Below the pieces are notes generated by a model, which made no database searches, was not told the origin of the DNA, and worked only from the letters and a program-made list of their open reading frames with translations. Source: Lysobacteraceae bacterium USHLN149 (GTDB lineage Bacteria; Pseudomonadota; Gammaproteobacteria; Xanthomonadales; Xanthomonadaceae). Taken from it: a stretch of 24,000 nucleotides of DNA. Location of the stretch: positions 278,319-302,318 of the forward strand of contig JBBCXB010000005.1 in assembly GCA_037145635.1 (NCBI GenBank), written 5' to 3'. Both the position numbers and the translations under genes were made by a program. Shown piece by piece: positions 16,580 to 24,000 of this stretch; within the stretch, counting starts at the first letter, position 1, and each line of letters starts with the position of its first letter.

Positions 16580-16655
16580 CCGAATCCCGAATCCCGAATC
16601 CCGAATCCCGAATCCCGAATCCCCATTCCCCATTCCCCATTCCCCATTCCCCATT
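16580..16655. repeat. Compound heptamer microsatellite: (CCCGAAT) x ~6 at 16580-16620, then (CCCCATT) x 5 at 16621-16655
   Basis: Direct reading. Same motif and orientation as 15375-15418. The array ends 1 nt from the stop codon (16657-16659) of the minus-strand NRDE gene. Confidence 0.92.
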
Positions 16656-16656
16656 C

Positions 16657-17412
16657 TCAGCTCTCCAGCCCCGTCTCCCCCAGCGCCCGCCCGTCGGGAC
16701 CGAAGCGACGCTCGCGGATCCAGCCGTGGCCGGCGTGGTCGATCGCCAGCAGGGTGCTGGCGCGGGTGCCGTAGTGGGCGCCGCGGATGAAGGCCGGCGA
16801 CAGCCGGCGCTCCAGGGCCAGGCCGACCCCGGTGTCGGGCAGGTCGGCGTCGGTGGCGGGATGCTCGTCGGCCAGGGCGGCCCAGAGCGGGTCCGGCGAC
16901 GGGTCGCCGCCGGCCACCCAGGCCTCCAGTGCGGCGGTCAGTCGCCGGGTCTTGGGCCACGGCGCGTCCAGCGCGCCGTTGGACATGCCGTGCACGCCGG
17001 GCGCCAGCTCGGCCGCGGCGGCGGGGTGGTTGCCGAGGTAGCGGCAACGGTCGGCATCGGCCAGCAGCAGGTTGAATGGCGGATAGGCCGCCGCGCGGGC
17101 CGCCAGCGCCTCGGCGAACGCCGCGGCATCGGCGTCGGCGGCCAGGTAGTCGGCGATCAGGTGGCCGCGCGAGGGCCCGGACGCGGTGGCCAGCGGGTCG
17201 CGCACGTTGGTCACCACCGCGGCCCGGCCGCCCGGGCCGATCCCCATCCAGCTGCCGCCGGAACGCAGGTCGCGCCCGGCGAGCACGCCCTGGCGGGGCG
17301 CGGCCCAGGGCGCCAGCGGCGCGGTCGGGCGCTCGTGGAACTCGTCGCGGTTGCCCGCCATCAGCAGCCGCCAGCGGGGGTGGGATTTCCAGGCGATCGC
17401 GACCAGGCACAT
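16657..17412 (-). CDS. NRDE-family protein (TANGO2/DUF833-like)
   Basis: 251 aa. N-terminus MCLVAIAW... with the eponymous motif LMAGNRDEF. Confidence 0.8.
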   Translation of the reverse strand: MCLVAIAWKSHPRWRLLMAGNRDEFHERPTAPLAPWAAPRQGVLAGRDLRSGGSWMGIGPGGRAAVVTNVRDPLATASGPSRGHLIADYLAADADAAAFAEALAARAAAYPPFNLLLADADRCRYLGNHPAAAAELAPGVHGMSNGALDAPWPKTRRLTAALEAWVAGGDPSPDPLWAALADEHPATDADLPDTGVGLALERRLSPAFIRGAHYGTRASTLLAIDHAGHGWIRERRFGPDGRALGETGLES

Positions 17413-17548
17413 GCGCCGATTGTGACGGTTTTGCGCAGTAGCCGGAGGGCGCCCTGCGCCGGCGTGAAGAACGGGACGCTCGTCTTTACGACCCCTTCAC
17501 TGTCCTGAATTTCGGTTCAATCTCAAAATCTGAGACGAAACAGCAACT

Positions 17549-17557
17549 TGTGGATAA
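17549..17557 (-). promoter_or_regulatory. Consensus DnaA box (TTATCCACA on the minus strand)
   Basis: The plus strand reads TGTGGATAA, an exact reverse complement of the 9-mer consensus. It lies in the AT-richer spacer between the NRDE gene and mraZ. Confidence 0.4.
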
Positions 17558-17627
17558 GCCTTGAACAAGTCTCTAAAGAGTGCCGCAACTCATTGATGCG
17601 ACTGGCGATTTGTCCCTCCAAAAGTTG

Positions 17628-17655
17628 TTGACAACCCATCGGCCGCTGCTAAGGT
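17628..17655 (+). promoter_or_regulatory. Candidate Pmra promoter of the dcw cluster
   Basis: TTGACA (17628-17633), 16 nt, TAAGGT (17650-17655), ~85 nt upstream of the mraZ start. By-eye match only. Confidence 0.5.
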
Positions 17656-17698
17656 GGGCGCCAGAGGGAAAACCGGGTTTTTTGTGGTTTTTCGTGGT
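17654..17698 (+). promoter_or_regulatory. Five GTGG-like boxes phased exactly 10 bp apart; candidate MraZ operator
   Basis: Written in rows of 10 from 17651, the GG doublet falls at x6-x7 in all five rows. The boxes are GTGG(17654), GAGG(17664), CGGG(17674), GTGG(17684) and GTGG(17694). The array lies between the candidate -10 and the mraZ start. Confidence 0.45.
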
Positions 17699-17737
17699 TC
17701 AATGACCGCCCAGGCGGATTTTCGAGGTGTTTGCAGC

Positions 17738-18184
17738 GTGTTCCAGGGCGAGACGGCCATCACGGTGGACGACAAGGGGCGTATGGCGGTTCCGACCGCG
17801 TACCGCGACCTCGTCGCGCGCGTGAGCGGCAACCGCCTGGTGCTCACCTACAACCCGTTCGAGGCCGGCTGCCTGTGGCTCTACGCCGAGCAGGAATGGG
17901 AGCGCGTCCGCGAGGACGTGATGTCCAAGCCCAACACCCAGCGCGTGGTGCGGGTACTGCAGCAGAAGCTGGTGGGTTCCTCCGCGGTGCTGGAGCTGGA
18001 CGGCAATGGCCGCGTCAGCATTCCGCCCAGCCACCGCAATGCGGTCGGCATCGAGAAGAAGGCGGTCTTGCTGGGCATGGGCGACAAGTTCGAATTATGG
18101 AGCGAGCAGGCACATCGCGCGCTGATCCAGCAGACATTGTCTGACGGGGATCTGGGTGATGGATTGCTCGACCTCAGGTTGTGA
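17738..18184 (+). CDS. mraZ: Transcriptional regulator MraZ
   Basis: I prefer the GTG start at 17738 ((M)[18 protein letters not shown]), which matches the family's N-terminus, with GAGGTG 8 nt upstream; 148 aa. Two DxxGR repeats: [10 protein letters not shown] and [10 protein letters not shown]. The track ORF start at 17654 adds a non-conserved leader. Confidence 0.88.
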   Translation: MFQGETAITVDDKGRMAVPTAYRDLVARVSGNRLVLTYNPFEAGCLWLYAEQEWERVREDVMSKPNTQRVVRVLQQKLVGSSAVLELDGNGRVSIPPSHRNAVGIEKKAVLLGMGDKFELWSEQAHRALIQQTLSDGDLGDGLLDLRL

Positions 18185-19248
18185 GCCGGGGTGCCCGGAT
18201 GCGCGGTGAAGCGCAGCCCGGTCACCTTCCGGTGTCGCAGCCGCCGGCGGCGCATCTGCCGGTGCTGTACACGCAGGTCCTGGAAGGGCTGCAGGTGACC
18301 GAAAACGGAATCTATCTCGACGGCACGTTCGGGCGTGGAGGGCACGCGCGCGGCGTGCTGGACCAACTCGGCCCAGGAGGCCGGCTGCTGTTGATGGACA
18401 AGGATCCCGAAGCGATCGCGGTGGCCGAACAGGGGTTCGGCGGCGATGCGCGCGTGTCGATCCGCCGCGGCAGCTTCGCCGCGCTGGCGGGCTGGGACGC
18501 GGCCGCCGCGCTGGACGGCATCCTGTTCGACCTGGGCGTCTCGTCGCCCCAGCTGGACGTGGCCGAACGCGGCTTCAGCTTCGGCAAGGACGGCCCGCTG
18601 GACATGCGCATGGATCCCGACGCCGGGCAGAGCGCGGCCGAGTGGCTGGCGCAGGCGCCCGAGCGCGAGATCGCCGACGTGCTGTGGACCTATGGCGAGG
18701 AGCGCCAGAGTCGCCGCATCGCGCGCGCCATCGTCGCCCGCCGCGCCGGGCAGCCGCTGCTGCGCACCGCGCAGCTGGCCGAGCTCATCGCGTCGGTGAT
18801 GCCGCGCGGAGGCGACAAGATCCATCCCGCCACGCGCAGCTTCCAGGCCATCCGCATCCACATCAACCGCGAGCTGGCCGATCTGGAGGCCGGGCTCGAT
18901 GCCGCGCTGGCCGCGCTGCGGCCGGGCGGGCGCCTGGCGGTGATCAGTTTCCATTCGCTGGAAGACCGCATCGTCAAGCAGTTCATGAACCGTCACGCCA
19001 AGGCCCCGCCGAGCAACCGCCGCCTGCCCGAGGCCACCGCCTTCGTGCCGGCGCTGCAACTGGTCGGCGGCGCCACCAAGGCCGAGCCGGAAGAGCTCGC
19101 CGGCAACCCGCGCGCCCGCAGCGCCGTGCTGCGCGTGGCCCAGAAACTTGGAATGGATAACCGGGAATCGGGAATCGCAGGGCACTCTTCCGCATTCCCC
19201 GCTCCCGATTCCCCATTCCCGGCACCCTCGCAAGAAGGTGCCCGATGA
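18181..19248 (+). CDS. rsmH: 16S rRNA (cytosine1402-N4)-methyltransferase RsmH, with an atypical 32-codon C-terminal tail encoded by a repeat element
   Basis: Motifs: [60 protein letters not shown]. The start is uncertain: GTG 18181 (GTGA overlap with the mraZ stop), ATG 18199 or GTG 18232. The stop overlaps the ftsL start (ATGA at 19245-19248). Confidence 0.88.
   Translation: MSRGARMRGEAQPGHLPVSQPPAAHLPVLYTQVLEGLQVTENGIYLDGTFGRGGHARGVLDQLGPGGRLLLMDKDPEAIAVAEQGFGGDARVSIRRGSFAALAGWDAAAALDGILFDLGVSSPQLDVAERGFSFGKDGPLDMRMDPDAGQSAAEWLAQAPEREIADVLWTYGEERQSRRIARAIVARRAGQPLLRTAQLAELIASVMPRGGDKIHPATRSFQAIRIHINRELADLEAGLDAALAALRPGGRLAVISFHSLEDRIVKQFMNRHAKAPPSNRRLPEATAFVPALQLVGGATKAEPEELAGNPRARSAVLRVAQKLGMDNRESGIAGHSSAFPAPDSPFPAPSQEGAR
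19161..19222. repeat. Inverted heptamer-repeat element forming a 17-bp hairpin, inside the rsmH 3' end
   Basis: CCGGGAATCGGGAATCG (19161-19177) pairs with CGATTCCCCATTCCCGG (19206-19222) at 16 of 17 positions, with a 28-nt loop. The right side reads attcccc gctcccg attcccc attcccg. Same motif family as the arrays at 15375 and 16580. Confidence 0.85.
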
Positions 19249-19508
19249 GCCGCCTGCTGCTGATCGTGCTGCTGGCCTGCACCGTCGCCTCGGCGATCGG
19301 CGTGGTCTACATGCGCCACATGCACCGCAAGCTGTTCGTGGAGCTGTCGCGGCTGGAGCACGGCCGCGACGAACTGAACATCGAGTTCGGCCGGCTGCAG
19401 CTGGAGCAGGCGACCTGGGCCGAGAGCAACCGCGTCGACCAGGTCGCGCGCGAGCGCCTGGGCATGAAGTTCCCGGAGACCGGCGACATCGTGGTGGTGC
19501 GCCCATGA
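19245..19508 (+). CDS. ftsL: Cell division protein FtsL
   Basis: 87 aa. Single N-terminal TM helix ([19 protein letters not shown]) followed by a coiled-coil-like segment. Conserved position between rsmH and ftsI. GAAGGTG lies 5 nt upstream. Confidence 0.88.
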   Translation: MSRLLLIVLLACTVASAIGVVYMRHMHRKLFVELSRLEHGRDELNIEFGRLQLEQATWAESNRVDQVARERLGMKFPETGDIVVVRP

Positions 19509-19575
19509 CCGGACGGCAGGACAGCGGTTTTGCACGGCGAAGCCGCCCGCAGGGCGGCGCACCGGGAAGCGCGCC

Positions 19576-21423
19576 ATGAAGGCCGGACGCAACCGCAGCC
19601 GCAGCCACTTCAACCTGCGCGGCCGGCTGGTGATGGTCGGCGCCGCGCTGGGCCTGTGCTCGGTCACGCTGATCGGCCGCGCCGCCTACGTGCAGCTGAT
19701 CAACCGCGACTTCTACCAGCGCCAGGGCGAGGCGCGCTACCTGCGCGAGCTGCCGATCGCGACCTCGCGCGGCATGATCACCGACCGCAACGGCGAGCCG
19801 CTGGCGGTGTCCACCCCGGTGGAGTCGATCTGGGTCAACCCGCAGGAGCTGCTGCGCAGCCCCGACCGCATCCCCGAGCTGGCCACCGCGCTGGAGCTGC
19901 CGGCCGACGAGCTGACCGCCAAGCTGTCGCAGAAGGCCGGCAAGGAGTTCATGTACCTCAAGCGCCGGATCAACCCGGACAAGGCGCACGCCATCGTCGC
20001 GCTGAAGATCCCCGGGGTGTTCTCGCAGCGCGAGTTCCGCCGCTTCTACCCGCAGGGCGAGGCGATGGCGCACGTGCTGGGCTTCACCAACATCGACGAC
20101 CGCGGCCAGGAAGGGCTGGAGCTGGCGTTCGACGAATGGCTGCGCGGCAAGGCCGGCTCCAAGAAGGTGGTGCGCGACGCGCGCGGCGCCATCGTCGAGA
20201 GCGTGGACCTGGTGCGCCCGGCCGAGCCGGGCAAGGACCTCACCCTGAGCATCGACCGCCGCATCCAGTTCCTGGCGTACAAGGAGCTGCGCAACGCGCT
20301 GGTCGAGAACAAGGCCGCCGGCGGCTCGATGGTGGTGATGGACGTGGCCACCGGCGAGATCCTGGCCATGGTCAACCTGCCCACCTACAACCCCAACGCG
20401 GTGACCGGGATCAACCCGTCGGCACGCCGCAACCGCGCGGTGACCGACCTGGTCGAGCCGGGCTCCACGATGAAGCCGCTGACCGTGGCCACCGCGCTCA
20501 GTGCCGGCGTGGTGACCAAGGACACCATCATCGACACCAACCCCGGCTACCTGTCGCTGGGCCGCTTCACCATCCGCGACGTGCCGCGCAACAACGGCGT
20601 GCTCACGGTCTCGGGCGTGATCACCCGCAGCTCGAACGTCGGCGCGGCCAAGATCGTGGCCAAGCTGCCGGACCAGACCTTCTACCAGTCGGTGCACAAC
20701 TTCGGCTACGGCGCCTCGCCGCACAGCGGCTTCCCGGGCGAGTCGTCCGGCGTGCTGCCGTCGCCGGGCCGCTGGAGCGGCACCTCCAAGACCACCATGT
20801 CCTATGGCTACGGCCTGTCGGTGACGCCGCTGCAGATCGCGCAGGCGTACTCGGCGCTGGGCAACGGCGGCAAGCTGATCCAGCCGACCTTCGTCAAGGG
20901 CCAGCACAACGACTCGCGCCAGGTGGTCACCCCGGACGTGGCGCGCCAGGTCATCGACATGATGGAGACCGTGGTCACCCAGGGCGGCGCCAAGGGCGCG
21001 GCGATCCTGGGCTACCACGTCGCCGGCAAGACCGGCACCGCCCGCAAGGCCGGCCCCGGCGGCTACGAGCGCGGGCACTACAACTCGCTGTTCGCCGGCC
21101 TGGTGCCGGCGACGCGGCCGCGCTTCGCCACGGTGATCGTCATCAACGATCCGCAGGGCAAGGTCTACTACGGCGGCCTGGTCTCGGCGCCGGTGTTCCA
21201 CCGGGTGATGGAGGGCGCACTGCGGCTGATGGACGTGCCGCCGGACGACATCCAGTCCTGGCTGGCGGCGCAGGCCGCCGGCAAGACCGGCCAGCCGGTC
21301 GCCAAGCCGGCGCCCGAGCCGGACCCGGCGCTGATGCCCGACCCGATCGACGAGGTCTCGGCCGGCATCCCCACCGCCACCGCCGCGCCGGCCCCGGCGC
21401 CGCTGTCGGAGACGCACCTGTGA
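19576..21423 (+). CDS. ftsI: Peptidoglycan D,D-transpeptidase FtsI (PBP3)
   Basis: 615 aa. N-terminal TM helix, then transpeptidase motifs STMKP (SxxK), SSN and KTGT. Confidence 0.92.
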   Translation: MKAGRNRSRSHFNLRGRLVMVGAALGLCSVTLIGRAAYVQLINRDFYQRQGEARYLRELPIATSRGMITDRNGEPLAVSTPVESIWVNPQELLRSPDRIPELATALELPADELTAKLSQKAGKEFMYLKRRINPDKAHAIVALKIPGVFSQREFRRFYPQGEAMAHVLGFTNIDDRGQEGLELAFDEWLRGKAGSKKVVRDARGAIVESVDLVRPAEPGKDLTLSIDRRIQFLAYKELRNALVENKAAGGSMVVMDVATGEILAMVNLPTYNPNAVTGINPSARRNRAVTDLVEPGSTMKPLTVATALSAGVVTKDTIIDTNPGYLSLGRFTIRDVPRNNGVLTVSGVITRSSNVGAAKIVAKLPDQTFYQSVHNFGYGASPHSGFPGESSGVLPSPGRWSGTSKTTMSYGYGLSVTPLQIAQAYSALGNGGKLIQPTFVKGQHNDSRQVVTPDVARQVIDMMETVVTQGGAKGAAILGYHVAGKTGTARKAGPGGYERGHYNSLFAGLVPATRPRFATVIVINDPQGKVYYGGLVSAPVFHRVMEGALRLMDVPPDDIQSWLAAQAAGKTGQPVAKPAPEPDPALMPDPIDEVSAGIPTATAAPAPAPLSETHL

Positions 21424-21431
21424 GCCGGGCC

Positions 21432-22913
21432 ATGGCGCTGTCGCAGCTGATTCCCGAGCTCCTGCCCGCGCAGGACGTGAGCGTGTCCGGCCTGGTGCTG
21501 GACAGCCGCCACGTGCGCCCGGGCGATGCCTTCGTGGCGATCGCCGGCTTCGGCGCGCACGGGCTGGGCTTCGTCGAGCAGGCGCGCGCCCATGGCGCGG
21601 TGGCGATCCTGTTCGAGCCGCCGGCCCCGCCGGAGCTGCCGGCCCCGGGCGACGCCATCGCGGTGCCCGGCCTGCGCGCGCGCCTCGGCGCGATGGCCGA
21701 CCGCTTCCACGGCCATCCCTCGCACGCGATGACGATGGTCGGGGTGACCGGCACCAACGGCAAGACCTCCACCGTGCAGCTGCTGGCGCAGGCCTGGAAG
21801 CTGCTGGGCGTGGAGAGCGGCAGCGTCGGCACGCTGGGCGTGGGCCTGTACGGGCACGCGGTGCCGACCGGCTTCACCACGCCGCTGGTACTGCAGATGC
21901 ACCACGCGCTCGCGCAGCTGCGCGATGCCGGTGCGCAGGCGGTGGCGATGGAAGTCAGCTCGCACGCGCTCGACCAGGGCAGGGTCGACGCGGTGCACTA
22001 CGACGTCGCGGTGTTCACCAACCTCACCCGCGACCATCTCGACTACCACGGCGACATGGCCAGCTACGGCGCGGCCAAGGCCCGGTTGTTCGGGCGCCCC
22101 GGGCTGAAGACCGCGGTCCTCAATCTCGACGACGGCTTCGGGCGCGGGCTGGCGGCATCGCTGGCGCCGGAGCTGCAGGGCGTGGGCGTCAGCTCGCAGG
22201 GCCAGGCGGCGGCCGCGGTACGGGCCGAGGCGCTGCAGCTGGACAACCAGGGCCTGGCCTTCGAGCTGCACCTCGCCGGCCAGGTCCAGCGCGTGAGCTC
22301 GCCGCTGCTGGGGCGCTTCAACGTCGACAACCTGCTGGCGGTGGCCGGCGTGCTGCACGCGCAGGGCCACTCGCCGGCGCAGATCGCCGCGGTGCTGTCG
22401 CAGCTGCAGCCGATCCGCGGGCGCATGAACCGGCTCGGCGGCGACGGCGCGCGGCCGCTGGTGGTGATCGACTACGCGCATACCCCGGACGCGCTGGAGC
22501 AGGCGCTGGACAACCTGCGCGGGCACCTGCACGGCCGCCTGGTGTGCGTGTTCGGCTGCGGCGGCGAGCGCGACAGCGGCAAGCGCCCGCAGATGGCCGC
22601 CATCGCCGAGCGCGCGGCCGACGAGGTCATCGTCACCGACGACAACCCGCGCGGCGAGGACGGCGACCGCATCGTCACCGACATCCTGGCCGGCTTCGCC
22701 GAGGCCGGTGCGGTGACGGTCCAGCGCGACCGCGCCGCCGCCATCGCCGCGGCGATCGCGCAGGCCGGCGCCGACGACATCGTGCTGATCGCCGGCAAGG
22801 GCCACGAGCCCTACCAGGAGATCGCCGGCGTGCGCCATGCCTTCGACGACACCGAGGTGGCCGCCCGCGCGCTGCAGGCGCTGCCGCAGGCCGAAGCCGG
22901 GGCGCAGCCATGA
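21432..22913 (+). CDS. murE: UDP-N-acetylmuramoyl-L-alanyl-D-glutamate--2,6-diaminopimelate ligase MurE
   Basis: 493 aa, from ATG 21432 in the frame of track ORF 19530..22913. P-loop [10 protein letters not shown] and the DNPR motif ([11 protein letters not shown]) associated with meso-DAP specificity. The stop overlaps the murF start (ATGA at 22910-22913). Confidence 0.92.
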   Translation: MALSQLIPELLPAQDVSVSGLVLDSRHVRPGDAFVAIAGFGAHGLGFVEQARAHGAVAILFEPPAPPELPAPGDAIAVPGLRARLGAMADRFHGHPSHAMTMVGVTGTNGKTSTVQLLAQAWKLLGVESGSVGTLGVGLYGHAVPTGFTTPLVLQMHHALAQLRDAGAQAVAMEVSSHALDQGRVDAVHYDVAVFTNLTRDHLDYHGDMASYGAAKARLFGRPGLKTAVLNLDDGFGRGLAASLAPELQGVGVSSQGQAAAAVRAEALQLDNQGLAFELHLAGQVQRVSSPLLGRFNVDNLLAVAGVLHAQGHSPAQIAAVLSQLQPIRGRMNRLGGDGARPLVVIDYAHTPDALEQALDNLRGHLHGRLVCVFGCGGERDSGKRPQMAAIAERAADEVIVTDDNPRGEDGDRIVTDILAGFAEAGAVTVQRDRAAAIAAAIAQAGADDIVLIAGKGHEPYQEIAGVRHAFDDTEVAARALQALPQAEAGAQP

Positions 22914-24000
22914 AGCTGACCCCGCTGTCGCTGATCGCGCACTGGGCCGGCGGCGAGCTGCGCGGCGACGACGCCATGGTCGAGGCGGTCGGCAACGACA
23001 CCCGCGCCATCGCGCCCGGCAGCCTGTACGCGGCGCTGCGCGGCGAGCGCTTCGACGGCCACGACTTCGCCCCCGACGCGGTGGCGCGCGGTGCCGCGGC
23101 GCTGCTGGTCGAGCGCTGGCTGCCGGCGCTGGCGGTGCCCCAGGTCCGCGTGGACGACGCCGAGCGCGCGCTGGCACGCATCGCCGCCGCGGTGCAGCGC
23201 GACCGCGCCACCCGCGTGTTCGCGCTCACCGGCTCCAACGGCAAGACCAGCGTCAAGGCGCTGCTGCTGGCGATCCTGGAACACGCCAGGCGCGGGGACG
23301 GGCGCACGGTGTACGCCAGCCCGGGCAACCGCAACAACGAGATCGGCCTGCCGCTGGCGGTGATCGCCGCCCCGGAGGACGCCGACTTCGCCGTCTACGA
23401 GATGGGCGCCGGCAAGCCGGGCGACATCGCCTACCTGACCGCCATCGTCCGCCCCGACTTCGCGCTGGTGAACAACATCGCCCCGGCGCACCTGGAACGC
23501 CTGCACAGCCTGCTTGGCGTGGCCCGCACCAAGGGCGCGATCTACGCCGCCCTGGGCGAGGGCGGGGTGGCGGTGGTCAACGCCGACGACGCCTTCGGCC
23601 TGTGGTTCGAGCAGCAGTGCGTACCCGCGGGCACGCGCGTGGTCCGCTTCGGCCTGCAGGCCGGCGCCGAGCTGGGCGTGCGCCGCCTGCAGCTCGGTCC
23701 GCAGCAGTCGCGCTTCGTGCTGGTCGCCCCCGAGGGCGAGGCCGAGGTCGCGCTCGCGCTGCCCGGGCGCCACAACGTCGGCAACGCGCTGGCGGCGGCC
23801 GCGCTGGCGCGGGCGGCCGGCATCGCGCTGCCGCAGATCGCCGCCGGCCTGGGCGAGGCGCGCCCGGTGCCCGGCCGCCAGGTCGCGCACGCGCTGCCCG
23901 GCGGCACGCTGCTGATCGACGACAGCTACAACGCCAACCCCGGCTCGCTGGAGGCGGCGATCGACGCGCTCGCCGCCGGCGACGGCGCGGGCTGGCTGGT
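22910..24000 (+). CDS. murF: UDP-N-acetylmuramoyl-tripeptide--D-alanyl-D-alanine ligase MurF; 3' end is off-window
   Basis: Not in the ORF track because no stop occurs before the window end. My own translation from ATG 22910 gives [19 protein letters not shown]..., the P-loop [11 protein letters not shown] and [11 protein letters not shown]. Position after murE is conserved. Confidence 0.88.
   Translation, partial: MKLTPLSLIAHWAGGELRGDDAMVEAVGNDTRAIAPGSLYAALRGERFDGHDFAPDAVARGAAALLVERWLPALAVPQVRVDDAERALARIAAAVQRDRATRVFALTGSNGKTSVKALLLAILEHARRGDGRTVYASPGNRNNEIGLPLAVIAAPEDADFAVYEMGAGKPGDIAYLTAIVRPDFALVNNIAPAHLERLHSLLGVARTKGAIYAALGEGGVAVVNADDAFGLWFEQQCVPAGTRVVRFGLQAGAELGVRRLQLGPQQSRFVLVAPEGEAEVALALPGRHNVGNALAAAALARAAGIALPQIAAGLGEARPVPGRQVAHALPGGTLLIDDSYNANPGSLEAAIDALAAGDGAGWL

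Noticed and set aside
16553-16580. Possible Xanthomonas-type LexA box in TTCTTAGTCCTTGCACTTAGCC
   Set aside because: The two CTTAG words are direct repeats, not inverted, and the second half does not match TACTA. This is not an SOS-box architecture.
15341-16655. Whether the repeat arrays could be a CRISPR array
   Set aside because: The units are 5-7 bp and strictly tandem, with no spacers. No cas genes or leader are present. These are microsatellites.
15875-16655. A genomic island or prophage remnant integrated at the rnpB 3' end
   Set aside because: There is no integrase or any mobile-element gene. No direct repeat of the rnpB 3' terminus occurs at the far boundary. The segment is too short. 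This remains only a speculative origin for the orphan region.
17495-17535. tRNA-like T-arm resemblance (CGGTTCAATCTC)
   Set aside because: It is only a partial match to GGTTCGAATCC. No acceptor, anticodon or D arms can be built around it.
17881-23177. 1178-aa (17881..21417) and 669-aa (21168..23177) minus-strand ORFs, plus the plus-strand 19530..21431 part of the 1127-aa ORF
   Set aside because: They are antisense to or out of frame with the unmistakable rsmH, ftsL, ftsI and murE genes, and are compositionally junk.

Overview
Very GC-rich chromosomal segment. Gene order and protein appearance suggest a Xanthomonadaceae/Lysobacteraceae-like gammaproteobacterium; this taxon call is low-confidence inference. 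Content from left to right: (1) The 3' part of kdpD plus kdpE. (2) A 794-bp ORF-less spacer. (3) A translationally coupled three-gene NRPS-independent (NIS) hydroxamate siderophore operon: PLP decarboxylase, diamine N-hydroxylase, and a single ORF fusing an AlcB/IucB-type acyltransferase to an IucA/IucC synthetase. A siderophore-interacting reductase gene converges on it. (4) A tightly packed minus-strand block: lpoA, yraN, a ydjM-like hydrolase and a GlcD-like FAD oxidase, with rsmI divergent from lpoA. (5) RNase P RNA (rnpB). (6) A ~0.7 kb orphan region of visibly lower GC with no credible ORF. (7) An NRDE-family gene. (8) The start of the dcw cluster: mraZ, rsmH, ftsL, ftsI, murE and a 3'-truncated murF. 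I saw no tRNA, rRNA, CRISPR array, transposase, integrase or recognisable defence system. Nothing here can honestly be called a new multi-gene system. The observations most worth a second look are: (a) the BibC-like fused NIS synthetase operon, which has no visible Fur box, receptor or exporter in the window; (b) a family of telomere-like C3-4/G3-4 heptamer microsatellites (CCCGAAT / CCCCATT) at three loci, which bracket rnpB plus the orphan region, abut the NRDE stop codon, and form an inverted-repeat hairpin inside the 3' end of rsmH that appears to add a 32-codon tail; (c) the orphan region itself; (d) a five-unit, 10-bp-phased GTGG array upstream of mraZ. The many long ORFs antisense to or out of frame with these genes are treated as high-GC artefacts.
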